From Deltaproteobacteria bacterium (GTDB lineage Bacteria > Desulfobacterota > Syntrophobacteria > BM002): 64,000 nucleotides of DNA. The notes beneath the pieces are model-generated. The model was not told the DNA's origin and did no database searches. It saw nothing but the letters and a program-made list of their open reading frames with translations. Positions 1-9,710 of the stretch are shown one piece after another. The DNA lies in NCBI GenBank assembly GCA_020353155.1, contig CP070689.1:3105299-3169298 (forward strand). Reading direction: 5' to 3'. Position 1 is the stretch's first letter; every line of letters begins with the position of its first letter. A program made the position numbers and the translations under genes.

Positions 1-150
1 ATGCTGGGCTATGCCAACCATCTTGGTCTTTACGCTGAAGAGACCGGTCCAAGAGGCGAAGCCCTCGGAAACTTTCCTCAGGCTTTCACTCACTTGGCCC
101 TGATCAGCGCTGCTTTCAATCTCGATAGGGCTCTGGGCACGAGGGGCTAG
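1..150 (+). CDS. 3' end of a glycoside hydrolase family 15 (glucoamylase/trehalase-like) gene; the 5' part lies outside the window
   Basis: Frame 1 is open from the window edge to TAG at 148-150. The tail ...[38 protein letters not shown] carries the GNFPQAF(S/T)HLALI motif typical of GH15 C-termini. Confidence 0.6.
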   Translation: MLGYANHLGLYAEETGPRGEALGNFPQAFTHLALISAAFNLDRALGTRG

Positions 151-277
151 CCTGGGGAATTCGGGTAGGGTCTCGATCAGAGGAGAGATTATATGGAACC
201 AGGCATAGGGTGACAGTATCGGGATTACATCCAACGTAGGGAACGACACCTAATACATTCGGTTTCTTAAGCGCAGG

Positions 278-286
278 TGGTATAAT
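278..286 (+). promoter_or_regulatory. candidate extended -10 promoter element (TGgTATAAT) for the 345-1982 gene
   Basis: TGGTATAAT at 278-286 sits in an AT-rich spacer about 60 nt upstream of the GTG start. There is no convincing -35. Confidence 0.35.
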
Positions 287-344
287 AATAATTTATGTTA
301 ATTAATAATTTACTTTTTCCACTTCCAAGCTCAAAAGAATCACT

Positions 345-1982
345 GTGATAAAGGGAAATAGGAACAGTGATACCGTTGGTCAAGCCGCGGTCCTGACGAT
401 CCTCAAGGACCCAGAATTCTATCCCCATCCCGTAACTGCCATTCACATTGAAGAGACCCACATTTCAACAGTTTTTCTAACCGGTGACTTCGTCTACAAG
501 ATCAAAAAGCCGGTGGATTTTGGCTTTTTGGACTATACGACTCTGGAAAAACGATACCAATACTGCAAGCAGGAGGTCCTGCTCAATAGACGTCTCAGTG
601 AAGACGTATATCTCGATGTGGTGTCCATTACTGAAGAATCAACAGGGTACACTCTCAATGGTTCGGGCGAACCAGTGGAGTACGCGGTGAAAATGCGCCA
701 ACTCCCGAAAAAGAGGACGATGCTCCAACTGCTGCGACGGGGTGCATTCAACCTTGACATGCTAGGGGATCTGGTCCAGATGTTGGTGAGGTTTTACCAA
801 AAGACCGACAAAGGGCCAGAGATTGATGCCATGGGTTCCAGGGAGCTTATCTGGGTTAACATCGAAGAGGATTTCATCCAGACAAATCCTTTTGTTTCAA
901 CCGTCCTGGACAAGGTGCAATTCTCTGAGCTGCACAGGAGGGTAAGGACTTTTCTCAATTCTAATGCGGAGATTTTTGACCGTCGGGTACAAAGAGGCCG
1001 CATTCGCGACTGTCATGGTGATCTGCGCTTGGGCCACATATACTTTACGGACTCTATATCCATTATCGACTGCATAGAGTTCAATGAACGGTTCCGGTAC
1101 GGTGATGTGGCTTCTGATCTGGCTTTTCTTGCCATGGACCTGGACTACAACGGCTTTGCAGATATTGGGCAAAAATTGCTTGCCGAGTATGCCCGTTCGG
1201 CCGAAGATTCAGAGATCTTCCTGCTTGTTGATTTCTACAAGTGCTATAGGGCTCATGTGCGCTGCAAGGTAGAGTGTCTGAGGTATGAGGCAGGCGACCT
1301 TTCAAAAACAGAGGCAAGTTTAGCTAAAGCAAGAGCCCAGCACTATTTCGATCTGGCCTGGAGGTATGCAGAGTCTTTTAGTCGTCGGACCATCTGGATC
1401 GTCTGCGGCTTGAGCGGTAGCGGCAAGAGCACCATAGCCGCAGAGTTGGGGAAAAGAATGAACCTACAGTATTATAGATCCGATGTTGTCCGGAAAAGAC
1501 TATTTGGGTTTAGTCCCGAGGAGCAGGTTGTAGCACCCTTTGGTGAGTTGATTTACACACCAGCCGCGGGCGACAAGACTTACGAGCAGTTGCTGCTAGA
1601 AGCACGAAAAACCATTTCCCGAGGTAGGTCGGTTATTTTGGATGCTACTTTTGGCAGACTCCAGCACAGAGTATTGGCTCGGAGGCTTGCCGAGGAAATG
1701 GAGGCAAATGTAATCTTTGTCGAGTGCCGATGTAGGCAATCGCTTTTGCGCCAAAGGCTGAGCGCGCGGGAACAGCGAAAATCAATATCAGATGCACGGT
1801 TACAGCATTTGGATGCTCAAAGCCAAGCATTTGAGCCACTGGATGAGTTGTGGGACAGTTTGCATCTACCAATCGACACCGAACAACCGCTCCACCAGTG
1901 TGTACACGAGATCCTATCCAAGGGGTATTTGCTGCAAAGTCAACAAGGGGATGCCCGTAGAAAACAGCAAGAGACCAGTTAG
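345..1982 (+). CDS. bifunctional APH-like kinase domain / P-loop ATP-binding protein
   Basis: 545-aa ORF. The N-terminal two thirds has aminoglycoside/choline-kinase-type catalytic signatures (CHGDLRLGHIYF, IDCIEFNERFRYGD). The C-terminal third has Walker A GLSGSGKST and an adenylate/gluconate-kinase-like fold pattern. Confidence 0.75.
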   Translation: MIKGNRNSDTVGQAAVLTILKDPEFYPHPVTAIHIEETHISTVFLTGDFVYKIKKPVDFGFLDYTTLEKRYQYCKQEVLLNRRLSEDVYLDVVSITEESTGYTLNGSGEPVEYAVKMRQLPKKRTMLQLLRRGAFNLDMLGDLVQMLVRFYQKTDKGPEIDAMGSRELIWVNIEEDFIQTNPFVSTVLDKVQFSELHRRVRTFLNSNAEIFDRRVQRGRIRDCHGDLRLGHIYFTDSISIIDCIEFNERFRYGDVASDLAFLAMDLDYNGFADIGQKLLAEYARSAEDSEIFLLVDFYKCYRAHVRCKVECLRYEAGDLSKTEASLAKARAQHYFDLAWRYAESFSRRTIWIVCGLSGSGKSTIAAELGKRMNLQYYRSDVVRKRLFGFSPEEQVVAPFGELIYTPAAGDKTYEQLLLEARKTISRGRSVILDATFGRLQHRVLARRLAEEMEANVIFVECRCRQSLLRQRLSAREQRKSISDARLQHLDAQSQAFEPLDELWDSLHLPIDTEQPLHQCVHEILSKGYLLQSQQGDARRKQQETS

Positions 1983-1994
1983 CAGCTCTTTCAA

Positions 1995-2140
1995 CTAGGC
2001 ACTAAGGACTAAGCACTAGGCACGAAGGTGCTGAGAAGTCAAAGGTCGGAAGTCGGAGATCAGTATTGCCCCTGACATCTACCGTCTGATCTCTGACTTC
2101 TGACTTCTTGCTCCATGCTCCGTGCTCTATGCTCCATGCT
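1995..2140. repeat. word-array hairpin (GCACTAAG-type array | GAAGTCGGA-type array | loop | CTGACTTC array | CTCCATGC-type array)
   Basis: Inner arms at 2036-2063 and 2085-2108 are complementary: GAAGTCGGAGATCAG versus the reverse complement GAAGTCAGAGATCAG, with one G.U. The outer arms are tandem 8-mers. The element lies between convergent genes. Confidence 0.7.
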
Positions 2141-2218
2141 TTATCCGAGAGCTACATCGAAAAAATAGGAGAGCAAGGGTTGGTAGATATTGATCCTGAT
2201 CCAAGAGGTGCTACCATC

Positions 2219-2419
2219 TCAGCAAGTGGTGCACATGGGGCGACTTGGCGTGGATGGTATCTTACTACCCCCGCTGTCAGATGCTCCAACGGCAAAGGTT
2301 GACATTAGCTTCTTTACCTCTCCTTGACAGAGTGGGCAGTTCACCTCAGTTTCCTGGTGCATCACCAGTTTGTCGAAAGTATACTTACAACTTTTACAGC
2401 TATATTCAAAAATTGGCAT
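2219..2419 (-). CDS. FmdB-family zinc-ribbon putative regulatory protein
   Basis: 66 aa. N-terminus MPIFEYSCKSCKYTFDKLV...CPLCQG is the CxxC...CxxC FmdB/CxxC_CxxC_SSSS signature. GGGAG RBS upstream. Confidence 0.8.
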   Translation of the reverse strand: MPIFEYSCKSCKYTFDKLVMHQETEVNCPLCQGEVKKLMSTFAVGASDSGGSKIPSTPSRPMCTTC

Positions 2420-2496
2420 TTTATTACTCCCTATTTACTAGGAATTTGCCTAAATATAATACCTGGATCATGTTTCTTCAAGAGCAAGGGGAAATC

Positions 2497-2584
2497 ACCA
2501 GGAGATAGAATAGAGGAGTCAGGAGCTAGGAGGTCAAGAGAATCGCACTCATATTTTTTCTCCTGGCTTCTGTCTCCTGGCTAC
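2497..2584. repeat. word-array hairpin (CAGGAG-type words versus CTCCTGG words)
   Basis: Left arm caccaggagatagaatagaggagtcaggagctaggaggtcaagag, right arm ctcctggcttctgtctcctggcta. The pairing is imperfect. It lies in the divergent spacer between 2219-2419(-) and xth(+). Confidence 0.5.
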
Positions 2585-2630
2585 TAAGAGGGTAAGCTTA
2601 AAGACAAGTAACTAAAGGATCTTGCTTGTC

Positions 2631-3416
2631 ATGAAAATCGCGACGTGGAATGTGAACTCCATACGGGTACGGCTGGAAGCAGTCTTGAACTGGATAGACC
2701 AAGAGCAGCCAGACGTTCTTTGCCTACAAGAAATAAAGGTAACAGATGAACTGTTTCCCGCCGAACCGTTTGAGGCTCTCGGCTATCAAATAGCCGTCAG
2801 CGGGCAAAAAACCTACAACGGGGTTGCCATCCTCAGCAGGTACGAGGTCACCGAGGTTCTGGCAGGATTCCCTGACTATGATGCCGAAGGGCAGAAACGG
2901 TTAATTGCCGCAACGGTGGGCCGGGTGAGGGTGGTGAACGTCTATGTTCCTAATGGTTCAGCTCCCGATTCCCCTAAGTTCATCTATAAGCTGGAATTCA
3001 TAAAGCAGCTAAGTAATTATATGGAACGGTTGCACCTAATTGGAGAGAACCTGGTTTTAGTTGGAGATTTTAACATCGCTCCCGAACCTCGCGACGTCTA
3101 TGATGCCAAAGAGATGGAAGGTGAGATTGGCTTTCACCCCGAAGAGCGGTCCGCCCTGGCAGAATTAAAGAATTGGGGATTTGAGGATGTCTTCCGCCGA
3201 CACCATGAGGAAGGTGGTCTTTATAGCTGGTGGGACTATCGGGCTGGCGCCTTCCGCCGTGACCTGGGTTTGAGGATCGATCACATCTGGGCTTCACCGC
3301 CCCTGGCTTGTCTAAGTCTGGAATGTTCCATGGACAAAAAGCAGCGTTCTCTGCCCAAGCCATCCGACCACATTCCCGTCTGGGCCATCTTCGATCTTAG
3401 TTGGCATAGGGCATAG
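2631..3416 (+). CDS. xth: exodeoxyribonuclease III
   Basis: MKIATWNVNSIRVRL...LCLQEIK...DHIW...SDHIPV are classic ExoIII/AP-endonuclease motifs. ATG at 2631 is preferred over the TTG at 2622 used by the track. Confidence 0.9.
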   Translation: MKIATWNVNSIRVRLEAVLNWIDQEQPDVLCLQEIKVTDELFPAEPFEALGYQIAVSGQKTYNGVAILSRYEVTEVLAGFPDYDAEGQKRLIAATVGRVRVVNVYVPNGSAPDSPKFIYKLEFIKQLSNYMERLHLIGENLVLVGDFNIAPEPRDVYDAKEMEGEIGFHPEERSALAELKNWGFEDVFRRHHEEGGLYSWWDYRAGAFRRDLGLRIDHIWASPPLACLSLECSMDKKQRSLPKPSDHIPVWAIFDLSWHRA

Positions 3417-3543
3417 AGCATGGAGCATAGAGTAAGGAGCCAGGTTTCAGTGTTCAGGTTTCAGCCTTTTTGTTTTTTTCCCTGACACCTGAAACCTGAC
3501 ACCGTGGAAATTGGTGCCTAGTGCTTAGTTCCTGGTGCCTAGT
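3404..3543. repeat. word-array hairpin (GCATAGAG array | CAGGTTTCAG array | T-rich loop | CTGAAACCTG array | GTGCCTAGTGC array)
   Basis: Arms at 3441-3464 and 3482-3502 are complementary, and the outer arms are tandem 8-mers. The first words overlap the last three codons and the TAG stop of xth. Confidence 0.7.
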
Positions 3544-3603
3544 TGAAGAAGCTGCTAGCTTTTGTCTGCCCTTCGGAAAAAGTACTCCCCTTATCTACCA
3601 GTA

Positions 3604-4269
3604 CTAGATCTTTACCAAGAAAAGAAGCGTCCTTCCTCCCCGGCCCAGGGGAAGTTCCAGTGAGACCACTCGCTTAAGTTCGAGACTTTCAGCCAGGGCG
3701 CAATCCGCGTGTCTATGATGATCTTCGGTAGCTGTCGGACCCAACATGGCAACAAGCGTATTACCAGGTTCCATGAGGGGAGAAACAATTTTAACCAGCG
3801 GTTCGAGGTGAGCAAAAGCGCGGGAAATGATAGTGTCGAAAGATTCGTCTGGAAGTTCCGCATCCTCAACGCGACTGTGCATAGCAGCCACTGACTCCAG
3901 CTTGAGGGTGCGTATAATGTGCTTGAGAAATGAAACCTTTTTGCGGCTTGCTTCCACAAGTTGAACCTTAAGTCCAGGAGCAGCAATCTTGAGGGGAATT
4001 GAGGGGAACCCAGCTCCTGGGCCAATATCCAGTAGTCGAGCAAAAGGTTCCAAGTAGGGTAAAGGAGTGAGCGAATCCACAAAGTGCTTGATGACAATAT
4101 CTTCGGGATCTCTAATCCCGGTAAGATTGAAAGTTTTGTTCCACTCCAATAGCTCCTGCAAGTAGACCCCAAAAAGCTCGATCTGTAGGTCTTCCAGGGA
4201 GACGCCCACCTCTAGTGAACCCTGCCGGAGCAAGTCTCCAACTCTGACCTTGAGCAATTTATCCTCCAA
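3604..4269 (-). CDS. rsmG: 16S rRNA (guanine527-N7)-methyltransferase RsmG (GidB)
   Basis: 221 aa. It has WNKTFNLTGI, the SAM-binding LLDIGPGAGFPSIPLKI motif and overall GidB layout. Confidence 0.9.
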   Translation of the reverse strand: MEDKLLKVRVGDLLRQGSLEVGVSLEDLQIELFGVYLQELLEWNKTFNLTGIRDPEDIVIKHFVDSLTPLPYLEPFARLLDIGPGAGFPSIPLKIAAPGLKVQLVEASRKKVSFLKHIIRTLKLESVAAMHSRVEDAELPDESFDTIISRAFAHLEPLVKIVSPLMEPGNTLVAMLGPTATEDHHRHADCALAESLELKRVVSLELPLGRGGRTLLFLVKI

Positions 4270-4395
4270 TTAACCAGATCCTCGTGGGGTTTAACCTAGA
4301 TTGTAAGCCATCGGACTTGCCCAATTACCCCTGAAAACATGCTATTTTCTTACCCCTATATTAGTGACGTCTTTCTTTCTGGGATTTTTCTCACT

Positions 4396-4423
4396 CTTTG
4401 ACCTATTTGTCTATTTGTCAAAG
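4396..4423. promoter_or_regulatory. operator-like palindrome CTTTGAC-N14-GTCAAAG containing the direct repeat CTATTTGT x2
   Basis: Seen at 4396-4402 and 4417-4423 in the divergent spacer between rsmG(-) and the 4523 zinc-ribbon gene(+). It includes a TTGACC -35-like hexamer. Confidence 0.3.
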
Positions 4424-4522
4424 TAACTGAGACCAGTAATCCATTTGTGTTGCGCTTAGGCTAGCAATCTGGTAAGAAATTTTCTAATATCAAGACGAGA
4501 GACAAAAATCAGGAGGTTTAAA

Positions 4523-4735
4523 GTGTCCAAGGCCAAAGAAATTCATGTACGCTGCATGCGTTGCCGCGAATGGGTTCCTACCTCAATTACTTTCAAAGAC
4601 AAGAAAAGCTTTGATCTGGATGGATTGGTCAAGAATCGGCCTCCCTGCCCGAGATGCGGCGAAATGACGAGTTACAACAAAGAAAATCTATGTATCCGTG
4701 ACGGAAGTGGTGATTTTGTTTGTATTGAAATGTAA
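4523..4735 (+). CDS. small zinc-ribbon protein, function unknown
   Basis: 70 aa. GTG start is preceded by AGGAGG. Two CxxC pairs (CMRC...CPRC). Confidence 0.6.
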   Translation: MSKAKEIHVRCMRCREWVPTSITFKDKKSFDLDGLVKNRPPCPRCGEMTSYNKENLCIRDGSGDFVCIEM

Positions 4736-4858
4736 TTAGCGTCCATCCGAAAACTACCAACGGTCATATTAATCCCTTCCGGTCACTAGGAGCTTGTCGA
4801 TGGGGCAGAGCAAGCGAAGATTCCCTGCTGCCCTTGCATCTATGAGATTTTTCGTTTT

Positions 4859-6253
4859 TTACTTCCCAAGGCAAAATTGGCTGAAGATTTGATCCAGCAA
4901 ATCCTCAGTAGTGGTCAAACCAATAACCTCTCCCAGGTTAGCCAAGGCCTCCTGTACTTCCAGAGCAATCAGTTCGGCTGAAGATTGGCTGTCGAGAAGC
5001 TGCAAAGCCCGATTCACTGCCTCAAGACTGCGCTCGAGGCAGATCTTGTGGCGCAAGTTGGGGGCTACCACTGAAGTCTCTGTGTCCAGTCTTCGACCTA
5101 GTATGGTATGGAAAACGGCGTCCTTCAACTGTTCCATACCGTCACCATGGAGGGCGGAGATTTCAACTAATGTCTCTTCCGGAAAGCGGTCACCGATGGC
5201 GCCAAAATCTGGATGAGGATCTAGATCGATCTTGTTTAAAACGACAACTCTGGGCTTGCTGTCAATGTCTTCATAGATCTTCAAATCTTCCGAAGTCAGC
5301 GAGCTACTTCGGTCCAAAACGAAAAGCACCAGATCAGCTTGGGACAACCGCTCTCTGGTGAACTCCATACCTAGTTTTTCCACAAGATCGTCCGGTTGGC
5401 GCAGGCCAGCAGTATCCACCAGCCGCAGTGGAATTCCTCTGAGACTCAGGCTCTCTTCAATAACATCACGGGTAGTGCCGGGAACGGGAGTTACCAGGGC
5501 ACGGTTGGAGCGGAGGAGATTATTGAGGAGGCTGGATTTTCCAACATTTGGTTTGCCAGCGATGATAACAGACAAACCCTCTCTTAAGATCCGACCGTCC
5601 TCGTAATGGTCTAACAGTCTGGTTATGGGCTCTTTGACCTGCTGGCGCACCCGAGTTGAAAGGTCTGTTTCTGAAAGAATTTCTAAATCTTCGTCTGGAA
5701 AGTCGATGGCAGCCTCTACCATGGCCAAGGTCTCCAGCAGATGGCTGCGCAGTTCTGTAATTATAGTTTGCAGGCCCCCTTTTAGGTGTTCGCTGGCAAG
5801 ATGAAGGCTACGTCTAGTTTTCGAACTAACCAGGTCCAAGACTGCTTCCGCCTGGGTCAAATCGATACGCCCATTCAAGAAGGCCCGCCGGGTGAACTCG
5901 CCGGGTTCAGCCAGCCGTGCACCAGACCGAATTACCAATTCGAGAATGCGGTCTAGCACGGCGAGGCCGCTGTGACAATTAATCTCGACAACGTCTTCCC
6001 GCGTATAAGTTGCCGGCCCGCGCATGAAGCTCACTAGCACTTCGTCTACGGTCTTATCAGTTCCAGGCTCAAAAATGTGGCCGTGATAGAGGTGGTGAGA
6101 TTGTATGGCTTCCGGGGATCCAGACAGGTGAAGGAGATGGCGGCCCATGGCCCAGGCCTCAGGGCCGCTGATCTTTATAACGCCGATACCACCAGTTCCT
6201 ATGGGGGTGGCTATGGCGGCAATGGTATCCTCTAGGGGTTCACAGACTTTCAT
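4859..6253 (-). CDS. mnmE: tRNA modification GTPase MnmE (TrmE)
   Basis: 464 aa. G-domain GKPNVGKSSLLN, DTAGLR, NKIDL, and C-terminal ...CLGK motif. Confidence 0.95.
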   Translation of the reverse strand: MKVCEPLEDTIAAIATPIGTGGIGVIKISGPEAWAMGRHLLHLSGSPEAIQSHHLYHGHIFEPGTDKTVDEVLVSFMRGPATYTREDVVEINCHSGLAVLDRILELVIRSGARLAEPGEFTRRAFLNGRIDLTQAEAVLDLVSSKTRRSLHLASEHLKGGLQTIITELRSHLLETLAMVEAAIDFPDEDLEILSETDLSTRVRQQVKEPITRLLDHYEDGRILREGLSVIIAGKPNVGKSSLLNNLLRSNRALVTPVPGTTRDVIEESLSLRGIPLRLVDTAGLRQPDDLVEKLGMEFTRERLSQADLVLFVLDRSSSLTSEDLKIYEDIDSKPRVVVLNKIDLDPHPDFGAIGDRFPEETLVEISALHGDGMEQLKDAVFHTILGRRLDTETSVVAPNLRHKICLERSLEAVNRALQLLDSQSSAELIALEVQEALANLGEVIGLTTTEDLLDQIFSQFCLGK

Positions 6254-6975
6254 TTCTCCCCGGAACCACTTGGGTCGGATGGGGAACGGGTCGAGGAGTG
6301 ATGCCGGTTGCTCCGCTTTCTTGAGGAAAGCTCTTTTTTCACTGGAAAAACTACTACTTTGCGCAAGGCCCCATCCCCCTTACTTTTAGTCCGCACCTGG
6401 CGATCATCTTTCAGAGCCAGATGAATGATGCGGCGGTCGTATGCGCTTAGAGGGCTACTGGTTGCCGGCCTAGCAGATTTTTTGGCCCGGCTTGCCAAAT
6501 TCAGAGCAACTTCGGTAAGAGCCTGGCGTCTCCTTTCCCGATAATTCTCGGTATCTATAATAATGTGAGCCTTCTTAGATGCTAGGCGGTTATACATCTT
6601 GTTTACTATAAACTGCATAGAGTGGAGAGTCTGGCCCCGCTTGCCTATTAGCAAACCAGAGCCGTTACTCGATATGTCCAATCTGATCCGATTTTCCTCC
6701 CAGTTAGCCTCTACCGTGGCTGGAATCTGAATGTGGTTTAGAATGTTTTCCAGTATCTCTTTAGCTTGTTCGAGGGAGGTTTCGTCACCGGATTCTTTTG
6801 GGGATACGATAATCTTGGCGTTTCTGGTACCAATACCGAAGATCCCCGATGAGCCATGGGAGACAATTTCAATTTCGAGCTGATCTGCAGGAAGGCTTAG
6901 ACGTTGACAGGCCGTTTCGATGGCCTCTTCAACTGATTTTCCCTCGATTTCCATTGCAGACATGATTTCCTCCAT
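6250..6975 (-). CDS. jag: Jag/KhpB RNA-binding protein (KH + R3H domains)
   Basis: 241 aa. R3H motif RRIIHLALKDD. It has a 4-nt overlap with mnmE and the conserved position after yidC. Confidence 0.85.
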   Translation of the reverse strand: MEEIMSAMEIEGKSVEEAIETACQRLSLPADQLEIEIVSHGSSGIFGIGTRNAKIIVSPKESGDETSLEQAKEILENILNHIQIPATVEANWEENRIRLDISSNGSGLLIGKRGQTLHSMQFIVNKMYNRLASKKAHIIIDTENYRERRRQALTEVALNLASRAKKSARPATSSPLSAYDRRIIHLALKDDRQVRTKSKGDGALRKVVVFPVKKELSSRKRSNRHHSSTRSPSDPSGSGEK

Positions 6976-7028
6976 AATTCAGAAAGCAATATGAACATGA
7001 GTTAAAAAAGTATCAGCAATAATCACCC

Positions 7029-8699
7029 TCAGGCTGCTTTCTTGTTGATGTAATACTGCTGACCAATAGACAGTACGTTGTTGACCAACCAGTAAAGCAC
7101 CAGACCGCTGGGAAAGTTAACAAAAAAGACGGTGAAGACCACAGGCATCATCAGCATCATTTTTTCTTGCCTGGGGTCACCAGTGGTGGGTGACATTTTC
7201 TGCTGGGCGAACATTGAGACGCCCATAAGCAGAGTTAACACAGGAAGCCCCCCGAGATAGGGGATGTCGAAGCCCAAATACAAACGATCTGGCGCCGCCA
7301 GGTCGTTGATCCACAACATAAAAGGCGCGTGACGGATGGCTAAGGCGCTGTAAAGAACTCTATAGAGGGCGAAAAAAACCGGGATCTGCAAAAGCATGGG
7401 TAAACAGCCGCCCACAGGATTTACCTTATGGGTCCTATACATTTGCATGATTTCCTGGTTCATCTTTTCTTTGTCATCTTTATATTTCTCCCGTATCTTT
7501 TGCATCTTAGGCTGCAGTTTTTTCATTTGCTTCATAGATACATAGCTTTTGTGGGTGAGGGGCCAGAAAAGAAGTTTAATAAGGACAGTCAGTATGATGA
7601 TGTCCACCCCGTAGTTGTGAGTAACCCGGTTGGTGAGTTTGAGGAACTTGAGAAGGGGTTGGGCAATGACATCAAACCAGCCGTAGTTAATCATGTCCTT
7701 CAGCTTGGGATCAGCGGCCTTCAAGTAGCTCTCTTCCTTGGGTCCCATGTAGAGCTTGTAGCGAAATTCCTGCTGGACTCCAGGCTGCAGAGTTATCTTG
7801 GGGCCAACCAAGGTGCTTTCCACCATCTGCCGTTCAGTATCTAGGGCTTTGAGCTGAGAATGATTAGGGGCCAGATCTATAGGAACCATGGCCATGGTGA
7901 AGTACTGACTGGTATAAGCCACCCAAGCAATGGGCCCGGGAAACTGCGTCTCTCCTTTGATCTTTTTGATCTTCACCTCTTGTAATTCGTTGTTGGAAAA
8001 GAGAGCGGGCCCTTGGAAGGCGTAGCGGCTTCCACCCGAGGAGGAAATAGGCAAATTGATTAAGCTCAAAGTGGGGGCATTTTCCCACGCCTGACTGCTT
8101 AGGTTTTCGACATTGATGTTGAGGTCGATAAGGTATTTATCCGGATAAAACAGATAATTACGGGTAATTTTCAGCCAACCCGGTGCCTCGTATCGGAAGG
8201 TAAGAGGAATGTTTTCGCCCTCAACGACCTTTATACGCGCCTTATCGGCTACGTAGGGGGCCAGGTTTAAGGCTGCTACCGGGTTATTGACAAAATTGAA
8301 TGGGAGAGGTAACTCTTCGATTCTGCTGGTCTTGACCAGTTCCTTTCCTGGGGAGTTTTTATCTATGGTTTCCCGAAAGTTTTTGAGAACAAAGCTTTTA
8401 AGCCGAGCTCCCGTTTCAGTGAATACCGCACGGTAAAGCGGAGTTTCTACCACCACATCCTTACCTGTGTGAACCGCCTGAGAGGGAAAGGAAGGAGTCG
8501 ATACTGGGGGAGTTTCACTAACAGGAGGCTGAGGCTGCTGCGGGCTTACTGTGTCTGGCTTCACCGGGGTAGGGGTAGTTTTTTCAATCTCGGGAGAGGT
8601 AGTGGGGGGCGTAGGTTTCCGTTTGGGAACAAAAAACTTCTCCCACAATACAAGCACAATTACGCAGAGAACAATGGCTAACAGGACACGCTTTTCCAT
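7029..8699 (-). CDS. yidC: membrane protein insertase YidC
   Basis: 556 aa. N-terminal TM, P/T-rich linker, large periplasmic domain, and a C-terminal 60-kDa-IMP core (GGCLPMLLQIPVFFALY). Confidence 0.95.
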   Translation of the reverse strand: MEKRVLLAIVLCVIVLVLWEKFFVPKRKPTPPTTSPEIEKTTPTPVKPDTVSPQQPQPPVSETPPVSTPSFPSQAVHTGKDVVVETPLYRAVFTETGARLKSFVLKNFRETIDKNSPGKELVKTSRIEELPLPFNFVNNPVAALNLAPYVADKARIKVVEGENIPLTFRYEAPGWLKITRNYLFYPDKYLIDLNINVENLSSQAWENAPTLSLINLPISSSGGSRYAFQGPALFSNNELQEVKIKKIKGETQFPGPIAWVAYTSQYFTMAMVPIDLAPNHSQLKALDTERQMVESTLVGPKITLQPGVQQEFRYKLYMGPKEESYLKAADPKLKDMINYGWFDVIAQPLLKFLKLTNRVTHNYGVDIIILTVLIKLLFWPLTHKSYVSMKQMKKLQPKMQKIREKYKDDKEKMNQEIMQMYRTHKVNPVGGCLPMLLQIPVFFALYRVLYSALAIRHAPFMLWINDLAAPDRLYLGFDIPYLGGLPVLTLLMGVSMFAQQKMSPTTGDPRQEKMMLMMPVVFTVFFVNFPSGLVLYWLVNNVLSIGQQYYINKKAA

Positions 8700-8816
8700 A
8701 ATTTGTGAACTCCTGCCGCAGACGACAAAGGATGAATTAGAGCGAGTCTTATGGTTAAATCACCACAGAGAGAAAGGATCTCGCTCCAGTACAAGTAGTA
8801 CAGTTAAGTCTTTGGA

Positions 8817-9038
8817 TCACCGATAGTTGTCCACTGGATCATAACCACCGGCGTGGAACGGATGGCAGCGCAGGAGTCGTCGGGCGGTGAGGACCAGGCC
8901 TCGGACAACACCGTAGGTGCTAATGGCCTGGCGGGAAAATTCAGAACAAGTGGGGGTAAAACGGCAGGACGGGCGTGTCCATGGCGAAATTATGAGCTGG
9001 TAAGCTCGAATAGATGCGAGCAAAAAACCTCTGATCAT
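8817..9038 (-). CDS. yidD: membrane protein insertion efficiency factor YidD
   Basis: 73 aa. SCRFTPTCSEF...CHPFHAGGYDPV is the YidD signature. Confidence 0.9.
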   Translation of the reverse strand: MIRGFLLASIRAYQLIISPWTRPSCRFTPTCSEFSRQAISTYGVVRGLVLTARRLLRCHPFHAGGYDPVDNYR

Positions 9039-9421
9039 AAATAATTGTTTCCCATAAGCACGGCCGCTAATTCATCGCGCACGTCGTTATAAGCAAGGGT
9101 TGCCGCGTTTTCTTTAGCTATTATCACCACATCATGTGATGGTGGCAACTTGTGCTTATGTAAACGAAAAAACTCGCGAAGATAGCGTTTCACTCGATTT
9201 CGCTTGACTGCGTTACCTACCTTTTTACCAACCGTAACCCCTAGTCGCGAGAACTGCAGTCCATTTGACCTCAGGATGATGGCGAAGTTTTTAGTATGGC
9301 GGCGGCTTCCGTGGCGGAAGGCTAGGTCGAAATCCTTCCGGCGTCGCAACCGTTCGTGTTTTTTGAGAAAAAATCGTGTTTGTATAAACGGAGCCGACGC
9401 CACCATACGGATCCTGGGCAA
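9035..9421 (-). CDS. rnpA: ribonuclease P protein component
   Basis: Basic 128-aa ORF with LKKHERLRRRKDF and the RNR-like motif KRNRVKRYLRE, downstream of rpmH. The true start may be the ATG at 9406. Confidence 0.85.
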   Translation of the reverse strand: MPRIRMVASAPFIQTRFFLKKHERLRRRKDFDLAFRHGSRRHTKNFAIILRSNGLQFSRLGVTVGKKVGNAVKRNRVKRYLREFFRLHKHKLPPSHDVVIIAKENAATLAYNDVRDELAAVLMGNNYL

Positions 9422-9462
9422 GGTCTCGCTTTACCTGACTCGTACCAATCCGTCCCATTCGT

Positions 9463-9597
9463 TCAGACGGCGAGCCTTTTCCTCCCCTTTGCCCTTCTGC
9501 GGCTGATTACCTTCCGGCCCGACTTTTTGCGCATGCGGACCAGAAAGCCATGGGTCCTTTTCCTCCGAGTGTTGCTTGGTTGATACGTTCTTTTCAT
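9463..9597 (-). CDS. rpmH: 50S ribosomal protein L34
   Basis: Hand translation of the minus strand gives [44 protein letters not shown] (44 aa). It falls below the 60-aa cutoff of the ORF track and sits in the canonical position upstream of rnpA. Confidence 0.95.
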   Translation of the reverse strand: MKRTYQPSNTRRKRTHGFLVRMRKKSGRKVISRRRAKGRKRLAV

Positions 9598-9710
9598 CTC
9601 TTACTGTTCCGTTATTAGCCGCTTCTTTGTCCCACTCCTGTGACGGCTTTTAGATGTTGTTGCAAAGGGAAAAGCTCAGAGCGGGAATTAACATGACCAT
9701 AAAGGCGTTT

